From: a virus
Virus record (IMG/VR): IMGVR_UViG_3300045988_083207
Direction: 5' to 3' (one strand)
Length of the DNA: 45,048 bases
Position numbers and translations under genes: made by a program. This document shows, in pieces, positions 15,460-24,577 of this stretch. Each line of letters begins with the position of its first letter. Position 1 is the stretch's first letter. A model generated the notes under the pieces. The model was not told where the DNA came from and made no database searches. It was given only the letters and a program-made list of their open reading frames with translations.

Positions 15460-16752
15460 TTACTCTGTCAGGGCGTTGGCCGCGCTGATCAGCAGCACGT
15501 CCAGCCACGCCAGGGCCGTGTACTTGCTGGCCCAGTAGTCCGGGGAGTTGATCACGCCGGTGCGCGTCAGCACGTCCAGGGCGTCCTCCACGGTCGTGAT
15601 GCTCTTTCCTCCCAGGTTTGTTTTGATCCTGGTGGCCATGTTCAGGATCAGGCCGTCCAGGTTCGCCACGTCCTTGTAGTGCTGCACCCAATATTCCGGG
15701 CTTGCCATGACGCCCACCGCCGCCAGGCGGTCCGTTGCGTCCTTGATCACTTCCTCTGTCATGGCCTCCACCAGGGACAGTTCCATATCCATGGTGTATC
15801 CTCCGCCCACCGTGTGGGTGATACTGTCGATAAAGTATTTACCGGACAGACGGCCGATCCCCACGACGGTGACGCATTGACTGGCCACCAGGTCCGGCCG
15901 TCCCATGATCGTCAGGGACAGTTTGGTGGCTCCGTGGTTGGCGTTGGCCACCGCCGCCGTGATCTTCCGTTCCGCGTCGGCCTTGTTGTCTGCTTTGCCG
16001 GATTGTTTCAGGATCCGTGTTCCCGTCCCCACCGTGACCTTTATTTCCTCCTCGGTGTTCGGGTCGGTGTAGGTGTATTCTCCGCCTGTATAGGTCCCGT
16101 CAAGCGTCGTTTCCCAGGAACCGCTTTCGATCTCGCTTTCCCGGATGGTGCCGGCCACCTCTTTTTCTTTGTACTGCTCCCGGTCGTACACCACGATTTT
16201 TTGGGCGTACACTTTCATGGAAAGGCCGTATTCCTCGCACAGGCTCATGTAAAATTCACAGTCCGTTTGCTCTGACTGCTCCACGCTTTCGACGGTGATC
16301 GGCTCTCCCTCAACGTCCCAAACCAGGGTAATGCCCGCCCTGGCCGCGATCTCTGTTCCTATGGCCTGCAGGGTTGCCTTTTCCCAGGTCTTTGTCCTCT
16401 GCGTCGCACGGAAAGCACTATCCGCCGGCACGGACACGGCCGAAATGGTCCCGGTCATTGGCCACCACGAAAAATTGTAGTTGTCCAGTATGAAAAATCC
16501 GCAGTCCAGTGTCCGGTTGTCCCCCTCGCCGTCCCAGTCGTACACCTTTATGGCGGCCGTCAGGGTGTCCCCGGTTTTCGGCATCCACGCCGTGGTCCAT
16601 TGGCGGTCCCTGTCGTTTATGTTGATCTCCAGGCTGTCCGCCTCTCCACTGGCCGCGTCGGTGTAGGTCACGGTGGCCTTGTAGCCCACCATTTTGCTGG
16701 TGACGGCCGCGCCGTTCCAGGTCAGGTCCGTTTCCGCTCTCCGTGTCCTCAT
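15460..16752 (-). CDS. Late control D-like baseplate hub with two C-terminal SP(D/E)YW repeats
   Basis: 430 aa. gpD-like body, then AAVGVMASPEYW and [11 protein letters not shown] modules shared with the endolysin. Confidence 0.7.
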   Translation of the reverse strand: MRTRRAETDLTWNGAAVTSKMVGYKATVTYTDAASGEADSLEININDRDRQWTTAWMPKTGDTLTAAIKVYDWDGEGDNRTLDCGFFILDNYNFSWWPMTGTISAVSVPADSAFRATQRTKTWEKATLQAIGTEIAARAGITLVWDVEGEPITVESVEQSEQTDCEFYMSLCEEYGLSMKVYAQKIVVYDREQYKEKEVAGTIRESEIESGSWETTLDGTYTGGEYTYTDPNTEEEIKVTVGTGTRILKQSGKADNKADAERKITAAVANANHGATKLSLTIMGRPDLVASQCVTVVGIGRLSGKYFIDSITHTVGGGYTMDMELSLVEAMTEEVIKDATDRLAAVGVMASPEYWVQHYKDVANLDGLILNMATRIKTNLGGKSITTVEDALDVLTRTGVINSPDYWASKYTALAWLDVLLISAANALTE

Positions 16753-16961
16753 GTGGTGGTCCTCCAGATCGGGGCGTTTGTCAGGTCGTCGTCCTCCGGC
16801 AGTTCCGGCGTCTGGAGGACCACCCCAGCGTCAAACACGAATGTGTCCAGGTGCGGGAAGTTCGCCTGCATGAGAAACCCGGTATATTTCACGTCGCCGT
16901 ACACCTCGAACGCGATAGCGTCCCAGGCGTCACCCTGTTTCGTTGTGTAGGTCTTTTCCAT
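16749..16961 (-). CDS. Tail protein X-like (LysM-like)
   Basis: 70 aa. YTTKQGDAWDAIAFEVYGD. Confidence 0.6.
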   Translation of the reverse strand: MEKTYTTKQGDAWDAIAFEVYGDVKYTGFLMQANFPHLDTFVFDAGVVLQTPELPEDDDLTNAPIWRTTT

Positions 16962-16971
16962 GGTGTCCTCC

Positions 16972-19269
16972 TTACCCCGTCACAGGTTCCGGCTTGAAGT
17001 TCTTCCGGCGTTCCTCCGCTTTCATGCGCTTATACAGGCGTTTGAACTCCTGGAAGGAGATCCGCATGGCCTCCTCCACGTCCTCGCGGTCTGCTTTTCC
17101 GTTGAAGTTCAGCACCGGGGCAAAAATTACGGTTTCCCCGTCGCCGTCCTCCACTTCTCCGCCTCCGCCGCTCGGTTTCGGCTTTCTGATCCATTCATCC
17201 AGCATGGCCGCCAGTTTGGACAGCGGCATGACGGCCTCCGGCTCTCCGCCCTCGCCAATTTCCGCCAGGGTGGGGGAAGTTGCTATGCCGCCCTCCGCCA
17301 GTTGCGGGATCGTCGGGATATTAAACCCCAGCGTAGTTCCGCCGACGCCCGGCACCCAGTCCGGGATTGTCACGGATATGCTGTTGATCTTTGAAAGCAC
17401 CCAGTTAATGGCAGAAATGACCCCGTTGATCGGCGCCTTTGCCAGATTTACGATCATTCCGAACAAATTTCCGAATATATTCACGATATTCTGCCATGCT
17501 GCGGACCAGTTGCCGGAAAACACGTTGCTGATAAAGTCGATGATATTTTGAAAAATCGCTTTGACGTTCTCGACGGCGGCCTGGATACTCTCCCACCACC
17601 CCTGCAGGTAGGCGCCCAGCAGGGGAAATTTTTCGCCTATGGCCGCGATAGCATTTCCCACCATGTTGGAAAAATTGGTCCAGATCTGGTTCACGGTGTT
17701 GCCGAAGTTCACCAGCCACGCCTTTACCGTGTCCCAATTTTTATACAGCAGGGCTATGGCGGCCGCCACCGCTATGATGATACCCAACGGCCCCATGAGC
17801 GCGGATCCGAACGCCTTAAATGCTCCGGTGATCTGTGTGATCTTCCCGGATTGCTGCAGCAGGGCCACAAACCCCTTGGCCTTTGAGTACATACTCATGG
17901 CCGTGGTCACGGCTCCGATGGCCGGCCCCAGCACCCGGAGGGCTGCGGCCACGGCCAGCACCGTACCCTTGTGTTCCCACAGGAAAGAGAGGAAGGGCTG
18001 GGCCTTGTCGTATGCCTTGCCCGCCCAGTCTGCGAAGTCCTTGATCCCGTCCACCAGGACCGGCAGGCCGTCCGAAATGGCCCCGCCCGCCCAGTCTGCG
18101 AAGTCCTCCGCGATCTCTGCGATCACCGGGGAAACCTCCTCCATGGCCTCCGTGATCTCCGGCATACTGTCCATGAGTGACTGATACACGGCGTCCGCCG
18201 CCGGCAGCAGGGATACTTCCATTTGACGCCCGATCCCCTGCAGGGCGCTGTCCAGGTCGTTGTACCTTACCTGGTTGATCTGCTCCAGGGCGCCCTCGGT
18301 GTCGTATGCGGCCTGCGACGCGCCCGCCATGGCCTCCATGGCCTCCACGCCCAGGTCCTCCCACATTGTTCCGAATAGCGCGACGCCCAGGGCGTCCCGT
18401 TTCACCTGGTCGTCCACGTCCAGCAGGGTGTTGATCACGTCGAAAAACGCCTCGTTTGCCCCCTCGCCGCCGGCGGCAAAGGTGGCCATGATCTCCTCCG
18501 CGTTGTATCCCAGGTCTTTGAACGCCGCCACCGTTGTGTCGCTCCCGTCAATGGCGCGGATCGAAAATTCCTTGATGGCGTCGCCCACCTTGTCCAGGTT
18601 CCACGCCGTGCTGTCCGCTCCAGACTGGAGGAGATTAAACATACCGTCCGCCGTGAAACCCAGTTTTGAGAACTGGCTGGAATATTCATTGATGGTGTCG
18701 ATCAGTTCCCCGGAGTAGTCCAGGCCGTTTTGTGCGCCCGCCGCAATCAGGCTGAACGCCTCCTCTGCAGAGGATCCGAAGTTCTTACGGATTGCCTCCG
18801 CCGCCCGTGTGCTTTCCGCCACGTCGTACTCGAAAGCGTCCCGAAGGGCCAGGGCGCCCTCGGTCGCGTTTGTCAGTCCGTTTTTATCCAGGTTCGCCAT
18901 GTTCCGGTCCACCAGGGCCACGGCGTCGGCCACGTCGGCCACGTCCTCCCCGAAGTTATCCGCGTACACGTTTTCCATAACGTCCCGCAGGTTCTCCAGT
19001 TCCTCGCCGGCCGCGCCGGTCGCGGAGGCCATTTGATTGGTGGCCGTCTGCCACTCTCCGCCCAGGTCTGCCAGGTACTTGGTGGCGGCGATGGCCCCTG
19101 TTCCCATCGCCGCCAGCCCGGCCGTCATAACGGTGGATGCTTTGTTGGCGGCCTTTTGAATGGTCGCCAGTTGCTTGTTGGCCGCCTTGGTACTGGTCCC
19201 CAGGGATTTATCTACCTTTCCAGCGATTTTTATGGCCAGTTCCATGACCTTGCTTTTTGCCAATTTCAA
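16972..19269 (-). CDS. Tape measure protein
   Basis: 765 aa, Ala/Gly-rich and helical, with internal hydrophobic segments. Downstream of the chaperone pair. Confidence 0.85.
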   Translation of the reverse strand: MKLAKSKVMELAIKIAGKVDKSLGTSTKAANKQLATIQKAANKASTVMTAGLAAMGTGAIAATKYLADLGGEWQTATNQMASATGAAGEELENLRDVMENVYADNFGEDVADVADAVALVDRNMANLDKNGLTNATEGALALRDAFEYDVAESTRAAEAIRKNFGSSAEEAFSLIAAGAQNGLDYSGELIDTINEYSSQFSKLGFTADGMFNLLQSGADSTAWNLDKVGDAIKEFSIRAIDGSDTTVAAFKDLGYNAEEIMATFAAGGEGANEAFFDVINTLLDVDDQVKRDALGVALFGTMWEDLGVEAMEAMAGASQAAYDTEGALEQINQVRYNDLDSALQGIGRQMEVSLLPAADAVYQSLMDSMPEITEAMEEVSPVIAEIAEDFADWAGGAISDGLPVLVDGIKDFADWAGKAYDKAQPFLSFLWEHKGTVLAVAAALRVLGPAIGAVTTAMSMYSKAKGFVALLQQSGKITQITGAFKAFGSALMGPLGIIIAVAAAIALLYKNWDTVKAWLVNFGNTVNQIWTNFSNMVGNAIAAIGEKFPLLGAYLQGWWESIQAAVENVKAIFQNIIDFISNVFSGNWSAAWQNIVNIFGNLFGMIVNLAKAPINGVISAINWVLSKINSISVTIPDWVPGVGGTTLGFNIPTIPQLAEGGIATSPTLAEIGEGGEPEAVMPLSKLAAMLDEWIRKPKPSGGGGEVEDGDGETVIFAPVLNFNGKADREDVEEAMRISFQEFKRLYKRMKAEERRKNFKPEPVTG

Positions 19270-19737
19270 GCACCACCTTTGCCATTTCGTTCAGGTCGTC
19301 CAGCGGCAGTCCCAGGAAGTAGTCCACGCCGCTATGTAGTTGGAGAGATAGGCCGATACAGCCCTTTTTTATATCCGGCGGGTTTATTCCTCTCCATCCC
19401 CGCCGTACAGAAAACCCGTGACCATGTTTTTCAACTTCATGGCCTCCACCGGGGGCAGTCCCTTGAAGAACTCCACGGGCTTGCGGCTTGCTCTGGCCGC
19501 CATATACATGGCATAGGGCAGGGTCATTTCCGGGATCGGGGTCACGCCCAGGTCCCGGTTGGCCAGTTTGCCCACGGCGCACAGGTCGCCGGCCGTCATG
19601 TCCTCCATGCCGGACAGGTCCACCTCGGTGTATTCCTGGCCCTCGAACTTGTAGGGCTTGCGAAATTTCAGGACCAGGCTTTCCTCCTCGGTTTCCTCCT
19701 CCGCCGTCACGGGCTGGATCTTCTCAATGTCGCTCAT
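19208..19737 (-). CDS. Tail assembly chaperone, -1 frameshift product (E+E'-like)
   Basis: Frame 0 is 19737..19384. A G_GGU_UUU slip at 19417..19411 opens the -1 frame, which runs to 19208 (…INPPDIKKGCIGLSLQLHSGVDYFLGLPLDDLNEMAKVV…). Confidence 0.6.
19384..19737 (-). CDS. Tail assembly chaperone (short form)
   Basis: 117 aa, acidic, between the tube and tape measure genes. Confidence 0.7.
   Translation of the reverse strand: MSDIEKIQPVTAEEETEEESLVLKFRKPYKFEGQEYTEVDLSGMEDMTAGDLCAVGKLANRDLGVTPIPEMTLPYAMYMAARASRKPVEFFKGLPPVEAMKLKNMVTGFLYGGDGEE
19411..19417 (-). promoter_or_regulatory. Slippery heptamer GGGTTTT for programmed -1 frameshifting
   Basis: X_XXY_YYZ in the correct phase (acG GGU UUU), 9 codons before the frame-0 stop. 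Confidence 0.55.
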
Positions 19738-20258
19738 TAGATCATTTCCCTCACTTTCTGCAGAATGTCCACGCCGCGCACCTTAAAGGTGGGGTTCAGT
19801 TTATCCAGTTCGATCAGGCTCTCTCCGCCCACTTCCACCAGGATATAGGACAGGTTCAGGGTCACGCTGCTTTCCATGGCGCTGCCGCTCTTTACGCTGC
19901 CCAGGGCAAGGGTGGCGCTCTTTCCGCGCACCACCACGCGCATGGATCTGAACTCCGTGTTTCCTTCCACGGTCAACGTCTGCTGGGCCGCCCGGAGGGT
20001 CAACTGCACCGCTTTGGTCATGTCCATCATGTCCGCCGCCTCCTGGTCGATCACCCGGAAGGGGATCTCCATTTCCATGTTGGAGAAGTGGCCCACGGTG
20101 GGGTCGTCCAGTTCGCCCAGGATACCGGCGCCGGAAATGGTGTCTGCCAGGGCCTCGAAGTCCGGCAGGGGGACTTCATCACCCACGCCGATCAGGCGAT
20201 CCGCCACGTTGTAGACGTTGTAATTATTGATTTTGCTGGGAATAGCAGGAATGGCCAT
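19737..20258 (-). CDS. Major tail tube protein
   Basis: 173 aa, immediately after the sheath gene. FII-like. Confidence 0.7.
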   Translation of the reverse strand: MAIPAIPSKINNYNVYNVADRLIGVGDEVPLPDFEALADTISGAGILGELDDPTVGHFSNMEMEIPFRVIDQEAADMMDMTKAVQLTLRAAQQTLTVEGNTEFRSMRVVVRGKSATLALGSVKSGSAMESSVTLNLSYILVEVGGESLIELDKLNPTFKVRGVDILQKVREMI

Positions 20259-20260
20259 TT

Positions 20261-21733
20261 TTATTCACCTCCACCAGTCAGGGCCGCCTCCAGGGCCGCC
20301 GTGTCGTATTCGCGGATATTCTCGATTTCCTCCGCCGGGATATAGGGCGCCAGGTAGGTGTGGACAGTCAGGTGGCCGTCCAGCAGGTTGGTGATCGGGT
20401 TTTCGTCGGATCTGAACTCCGTCCGGTATCCGGCGCAGTAGTCCCGGGCTACGTACCCGTTGCCGATGATGTTCTGGCTGTCCACGATGGACTGGATCAG
20501 GCGGGTGTTGCCCGGCTTGTCCACCTTCTGGAAGTACGTCAAAATAAAGTTGTTGCCGTCCCAGTCGAAGAAACGGCGCACCGCCAGCCACCGATCCTTG
20601 GGATCGGAGGTGGAAGGATAGGCCGCCGTGTTGTTGCCCCAGGCTTTGTACCCGTTTGCATTGATGGCGGTGATCACGCCGTTGGCGTTCAGCAGGTCGT
20701 TGGCCTGCTGCTGATCCAGCAGCACCTCCGTGCCGTCTTTCAGCACGGTTTTGGTGATCTTCAAATCCTTGTTGGACGGGCTTTCATAGGGCACGTCGCT
20801 GTTGTTGGCGTCCGTGTAGGCCGTCAGGGCGGCAAACATGGCGGACAGGTAATAGATCTTGTCGCCCACCGCGCCCATGGGCCACAGGGCCGCCGCGTGG
20901 GGGGAGGTGGCCCCCAGGGCCTCCTTGGCGGTTTTCACGTCGGTGTAAACGTCCGCGCCGCCCTCCTCCTTGTCGGTGGAAATATCCAGGTAGGTCACGC
21001 AGTCGAAATTCCCGTTGATCGCCTCGGTCTTTGCCTGGAGCGCCGCCGCCACGGTGGGGTTGTGGCTCCATCCGGGGGCCAGCAGGATCCCGGCCGTCAT
21101 GCCGAAACGGGGGTAGATCTGGCGCACCAGTTCCAGGCCGGTTTCCTTCCCGGTCAGGGCGTCCACGCCGCCCACAATATCCGCAGGCGTCACGCCGTCC
21201 GGTTTCAGGCTGGTGCTTGCCACTTTCAGGGTTTCCGCCTCCTTGGCCGCCTCGGACAGAATGGTGATCGTCACCGTCCCGTCCTCCGCATGAGTGGCCA
21301 CGTAGTCGCTGCCAGCCACCAGGGTGGCGTCCGCGTTCTTGACCACGATGGTGTCCAGGAGGACAAACTGCTTTCCGTATGCCACGGCACCGTCCGACAC
21401 GGCGCAGTCCTCCTCCTCGTTTTCCGTGGTGTGGCTTTCCTTGCTGGGATCCAGCACGTTCACCAGAATAATGGGCGCCACGTTGAAAACTCGGAAACAG
21501 GCGTCCATGCTCTGGCAAAGGGTGAAGTTCTCGAAGTCGTCCGAATAGCCCATGGCCTGCTGGCACTCCGCGAAGGAATAGCACACCACGGGCTTGTTTA
21601 CGGCCGCCGCCGGGTCCGCCGCCATGTGGATCGGGGCAGTTCCGAAGATAACCTGCAGGCCCGCCGTCCCCTGGATCGGTGTGGTCAGGCTGGTTTCCTG
21701 CTCCTGGTTGTAAACGCCGTGATTATAAGCCAT
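20261..21733 (-). CDS. Contractile tail sheath protein
   Basis: 490 aa. Size, position and FI-like composition. Confidence 0.8.
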   Translation of the reverse strand: MAYNHGVYNQEQETSLTTPIQGTAGLQVIFGTAPIHMAADPAAAVNKPVVCYSFAECQQAMGYSDDFENFTLCQSMDACFRVFNVAPIILVNVLDPSKESHTTENEEEDCAVSDGAVAYGKQFVLLDTIVVKNADATLVAGSDYVATHAEDGTVTITILSEAAKEAETLKVASTSLKPDGVTPADIVGGVDALTGKETGLELVRQIYPRFGMTAGILLAPGWSHNPTVAAALQAKTEAINGNFDCVTYLDISTDKEEGGADVYTDVKTAKEALGATSPHAAALWPMGAVGDKIYYLSAMFAALTAYTDANNSDVPYESPSNKDLKITKTVLKDGTEVLLDQQQANDLLNANGVITAINANGYKAWGNNTAAYPSTSDPKDRWLAVRRFFDWDGNNFILTYFQKVDKPGNTRLIQSIVDSQNIIGNGYVARDYCAGYRTEFRSDENPITNLLDGHLTVHTYLAPYIPAEEIENIREYDTAALEAALTGGGE

Positions 21734-21749
21734 TGTTCAGTCCCTCCCT

Positions 21750-22007
21750 TTAGGTCTTTCCCTGTACGGCCTTATACAGGGTATAAATGCGGCCGGATTT
21801 CTGGCGCAACTGGCGCATGGCCTCCGGCAGATCCTCCAGGGGCACGATCAGGGCGCTCAGGACTTTGTTTTTCTCGGTCGCCGCTTTCAGCCCTTCCGGG
21901 ATCCCGTTGTTGTAGGCGGTGAACTGCCTGGCCACGCCCTTGATGGGCGGGCCGCAGTACACCACCGTGCCGGCGGCCTCCGCCGCCTTTCTGGTTCTCT
22001 TGGTCAT
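21750..22007 (-). CDS. Hypothetical protein (85 aa)
   Basis: ORF coupled to its upstream neighbour. Confidence 0.45.
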   Translation of the reverse strand: MTKRTRKAAEAAGTVVYCGPPIKGVARQFTAYNNGIPEGLKAATEKNKVLSALIVPLEDLPEAMRQLRQKSGRIYTLYKAVQGKT

Positions 22008-22630
22008 GTATATGGCACCTCCTGGCGCACCGCTGGCGCCTCAAATTTCAGCGACATGGCCCCGAAATAGTAGGGGTGTGTGTCGTCCTGCTGTGTGACC
22101 CATTTGATCGGATACATGATGGACCACGGGCCGCCTACCGCGCCCCCGCTGTCCGGTTTGATCCTCACTACGGGATTTTTGGCGTATCGCCCGCAAATCT
22201 CCTGGATGATGTGCAGCACGTCCCGGTATCCCTGCCGGTTCGGGTTTTTGTCGTAGACGCACACCACCAGGATCATGTCGATTTCCTGGGGGCTGTTGGC
22301 GTCCTGTATGTTCCCCTCGTTGGTCCGCACGATGATGTACGGTTCCGGGATCTCCTCGGTCCGGTCCTCGGTTTCGTCCATTCCCTCGATGATCGGGAGG
22401 TCCTGGGGGTAAACCCGGATCGGCCGCTTGTCGCCGGCGGAACTCTGGAGGGTCTGCCCCTCGAACAGGTCCGCCAGGTCCGCCACAATGGCGTCCTGCA
22501 AAAATTCCGGTGTCGTGGTGTTCGCCTCCTTGACTTTTCGCCGCTTTTCGTGGTAAATTCTTGTTGTGGTAATAGTCTGAAAATCGTGGTAATACACGGC
22601 ACGAAAGGGTGTGTTAAAATGCCGGTACAA
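22004..22630 (-). CDS. Putative neck/tail-completion protein (start uncertain)
   Basis: The C-terminal roughly 160 aa look protein-like. No convincing RBS/start was found, and the 5' 60 nt overlap promoter-like motifs of the opposite strand. Confidence 0.4.
   Translation of the reverse strand: MYRHFNTPFRAVYYHDFQTITTTRIYHEKRRKVKEANTTTPEFLQDAIVADLADLFEGQTLQSSAGDKRPIRVYPQDLPIIEGMDETEDRTEEIPEPYIIVRTNEGNIQDANSPQEIDMILVVCVYDKNPNRQGYRDVLHIIQEICGRYAKNPVVRIKPDSGGAVGGPWSIMYPIKWVTQQDDTHPYYFGAMSLKFEAPAVRQEVPYT
22566..22581 (+). promoter_or_regulatory. GTGGTAATAGTCTGAA motif copy c
   Basis: Identical 16-mer to 3251..3266. Upstream of the plus-strand island. Confidence 0.45.
22585..22595 (+). promoter_or_regulatory. 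Motif copy d, CGTGGTAATAC (extended -10-like), 24 nt before ATG 22619
   Basis: TGgTAATAC, followed by gaaaggg RBS and ATG. Confidence 0.45.
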
Positions 22631-23494
22631 CTCGATCTTTGGTCCATTTCTCCTCCCGTTTCTTCCCGCCCCGCTGGCAGCGCGAACGATCCAGACGCTT
22701 TTGGGTGCTGTTCTCGGTATCGTTCCTGTTCCGCTGCCGGGAAGTGCTTAATTCCTGGCCTTGACTATTCCGCCCATTGTTCTTATCGAAAGAACCTGGA
22801 GGCCGGCCGGATTTTCTACGGGAAAAACTCTTGTGGGTTCTCTGCGGACCGCTATTTTTCGCTATGCTCTGCCGTCGGCGCTCTGCCGGACGGTGCCCGG
22901 CTGGCGCTTGACGGCCTGGTGATTGACTTCTGCGAATACCGGCGCGGTGCCTCCTCGGTCGTCGTCCGCTCCGTATTCCTTTCTGATCTGGCAGGGCTTT
23001 CTCTTTTCGATTTTTCCCCGCTTGGCCCCATGTTTCCGCGTCTGTGCGGCTATCGGCAGTTGCTTTCCTCCGTGATGGAAAACCCCTCCTATGGCCCAAT
23101 GTTTCGCCGTGCGCAGGAGGCCGGGTCCGGCTCAAAACCCGGCCCGAAAACGAAAGAATTTCTGTCCGATTGGTTGAACCGTGCCGGTGTTTCCTTGCGG
23201 GATGAACTTTCTGCACCGTATCTCTTGGCGTCCATACGGTCGGATGCTCTTTCATATCTGGAAGAACTGTACCATGATACTTTGGCCGCGTCCTACGATG
23301 GCCGCATATACGCTCGTTCTCCTCTTGCGGAGGATGGTTTTTTGTCCAGCGCGGACTACGAAAGGGAGGAGCTGCGCCGGATCTCTCTTTCCCGTGGGTA
23401 TTCCCCGGAGGAAAAGGCCAGCCTTTCCGCCCCGCTCCTGGAGGCCCAGGCCGCCCGATCCCGCTCCGCAAATAAGGGGGGTGGTTCTGTATGA
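22619..23494 (+). CDS. Uncharacterised Cys-rich protein (plus-strand island gene 1)
   Basis: 292 aa from ATG 22619. N-terminal DAFGCCSRYRSCSAAGKCLIPGLDYSAHCSYRKNLEAGRIFYGK. The long ORF upstream of 22619 is antisense overlap. Confidence 0.55.
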   Translation: MPVQLDLWSISPPVSSRPAGSANDPDAFGCCSRYRSCSAAGKCLIPGLDYSAHCSYRKNLEAGRIFYGKNSCGFSADRYFSLCSAVGALPDGARLALDGLVIDFCEYRRGASSVVVRSVFLSDLAGLSLFDFSPLGPMFPRLCGYRQLLSSVMENPSYGPMFRRAQEAGSGSKPGPKTKEFLSDWLNRAGVSLRDELSAPYLLASIRSDALSYLEELYHDTLAASYDGRIYARSPLAEDGFLSSADYEREELRRISLSRGYSPEEKASLSAPLLEAQAARSRSANKGGGSV

Positions 23495-23928
23495 CCTTTG
23501 GGCCTTTTGAGATCCCGGAGGAGGAACTGCTGGAGGCTTGCAAGCGCCTGGAACGCGCCCAGGCGATTTCCCCGGAGGCCGTCCTTTCTTTCGATGTTTC
23601 GGCCCGCTCGATGGCTATTCAGGGGTCAGACGGGTTCCCTTATCACGTCCGCCTTGGTGGGTGCGAATGTGTAGACTACGAACGCCGGAAACTTCCGTGC
23701 AAGCATATTTACCGCCTGGCTCTTGAACTTGGCTGTGAATTTCCAGAGGCCCCGGCGTTTGATCCTTACCTTGCGGCCGAATACGATATTTCGGAGGACT
23801 TGGACCGTTTGCGTCTGCGCTGGGTTTCCGGCCAACTTACCCTGGCGGCATACTCGAAATGTGTTGACGCGCTCCGCAGTTCCGCCGCAAAGGCAAAGCG
23901 CCGGCGCGGCCGCCCCAAAAAACAATGA
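23491..23928 (+). CDS. SWIM zinc-finger protein (plus-strand island gene 2)
   Basis: 145 aa. CxC-x10-CxH motif: LGGCECVDYERRKLPCKHIYRL. ATGA overlap with gene 1. Basic C-terminal tail. Confidence 0.7.
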   Translation: MTFGPFEIPEEELLEACKRLERAQAISPEAVLSFDVSARSMAIQGSDGFPYHVRLGGCECVDYERRKLPCKHIYRLALELGCEFPEAPAFDPYLAAEYDISEDLDRLRLRWVSGQLTLAAYSKCVDALRSSAAKAKRRRGRPKKQ

Positions 23929-23929
23929 T

Positions 23930-24577
23930 TTACGCGCTTTGTCGGATTGCCTTGGCGATCCGCTTGTCGATCTCCTGGTCCAGGACCATGTAAAGCATGG
24001 CCCTGGCCTTTTCTTGTACCTCCTCGTTTGACATCATACTGGGGACGGAAGGGCCGGTCAGAACCTTGATCCTGGTCATATCCGGCCATTGGCCACGGTG
24101 CGGCATACCGTACTTTTTTACGCGGTCCGCCGCGCCGCCTACCGTGTAAGACTGCCCCACCATGCGCTGCACAATCGCCTTGTGGGTGCTGCTGAACTGC
24201 GCCGCAAACGCAGGCGCCCCTCCGCGCTCCAGTAGTTTCATTCCGCCAGACTGCAGGACTTTGGCTTTCACGCCTTGGTCCGTCTGGTTTGTCAGGAAGT
24301 CGATCAGATCATTTACCGGGCCTTTGGACCGGATCACCGCCTCGATGTTCCCCGGCTTTGCGGTCTGCAACCTCGGCGCGCCCTTGCTTTTGTCTTTCAG
24401 CACGTCGTCCTTGATGGTGTAGGTTCCTGCCACGTCTTTGGTGATCTGCTTTCGGACCTTCCGGGCCGCCGCATTGATGGACAGTCGGAGAACGTCCGGG
24501 GCCTGGAGCGCCAGGCGTTCCAGGCGTTGGCCGATCCGTAGGATTTCGGCCTGGGTGTCAACTTCAATGTGGATCAT
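23930..24577 (-). CDS. Putative head-tail connector/tail-completion protein
   Basis: 215 aa in head-tail joining position. Confidence 0.4.
   Translation of the reverse strand: MIHIEVDTQAEILRIGQRLERLALQAPDVLRLSINAAARKVRKQITKDVAGTYTIKDDVLKDKSKGAPRLQTAKPGNIEAVIRSKGPVNDLIDFLTNQTDQGVKAKVLQSGGMKLLERGGAPAFAAQFSSTHKAIVQRMVGQSYTVGGAADRVKKYGMPHRGQWPDMTRIKVLTGPSVPSMMSNEEVQEKARAMLYMVLDQEIDKRIAKAIRQSA

Noticed and set aside
22273-22647. ORF starting at ATG 22647 with a GGGAGGAG RBS
   Set aside because: The translation is Arg/Ser/Thr/Pro-rich junk and lies out of frame with the protein-like reading of 22004..22630. The true start of that gene stays unresolved.
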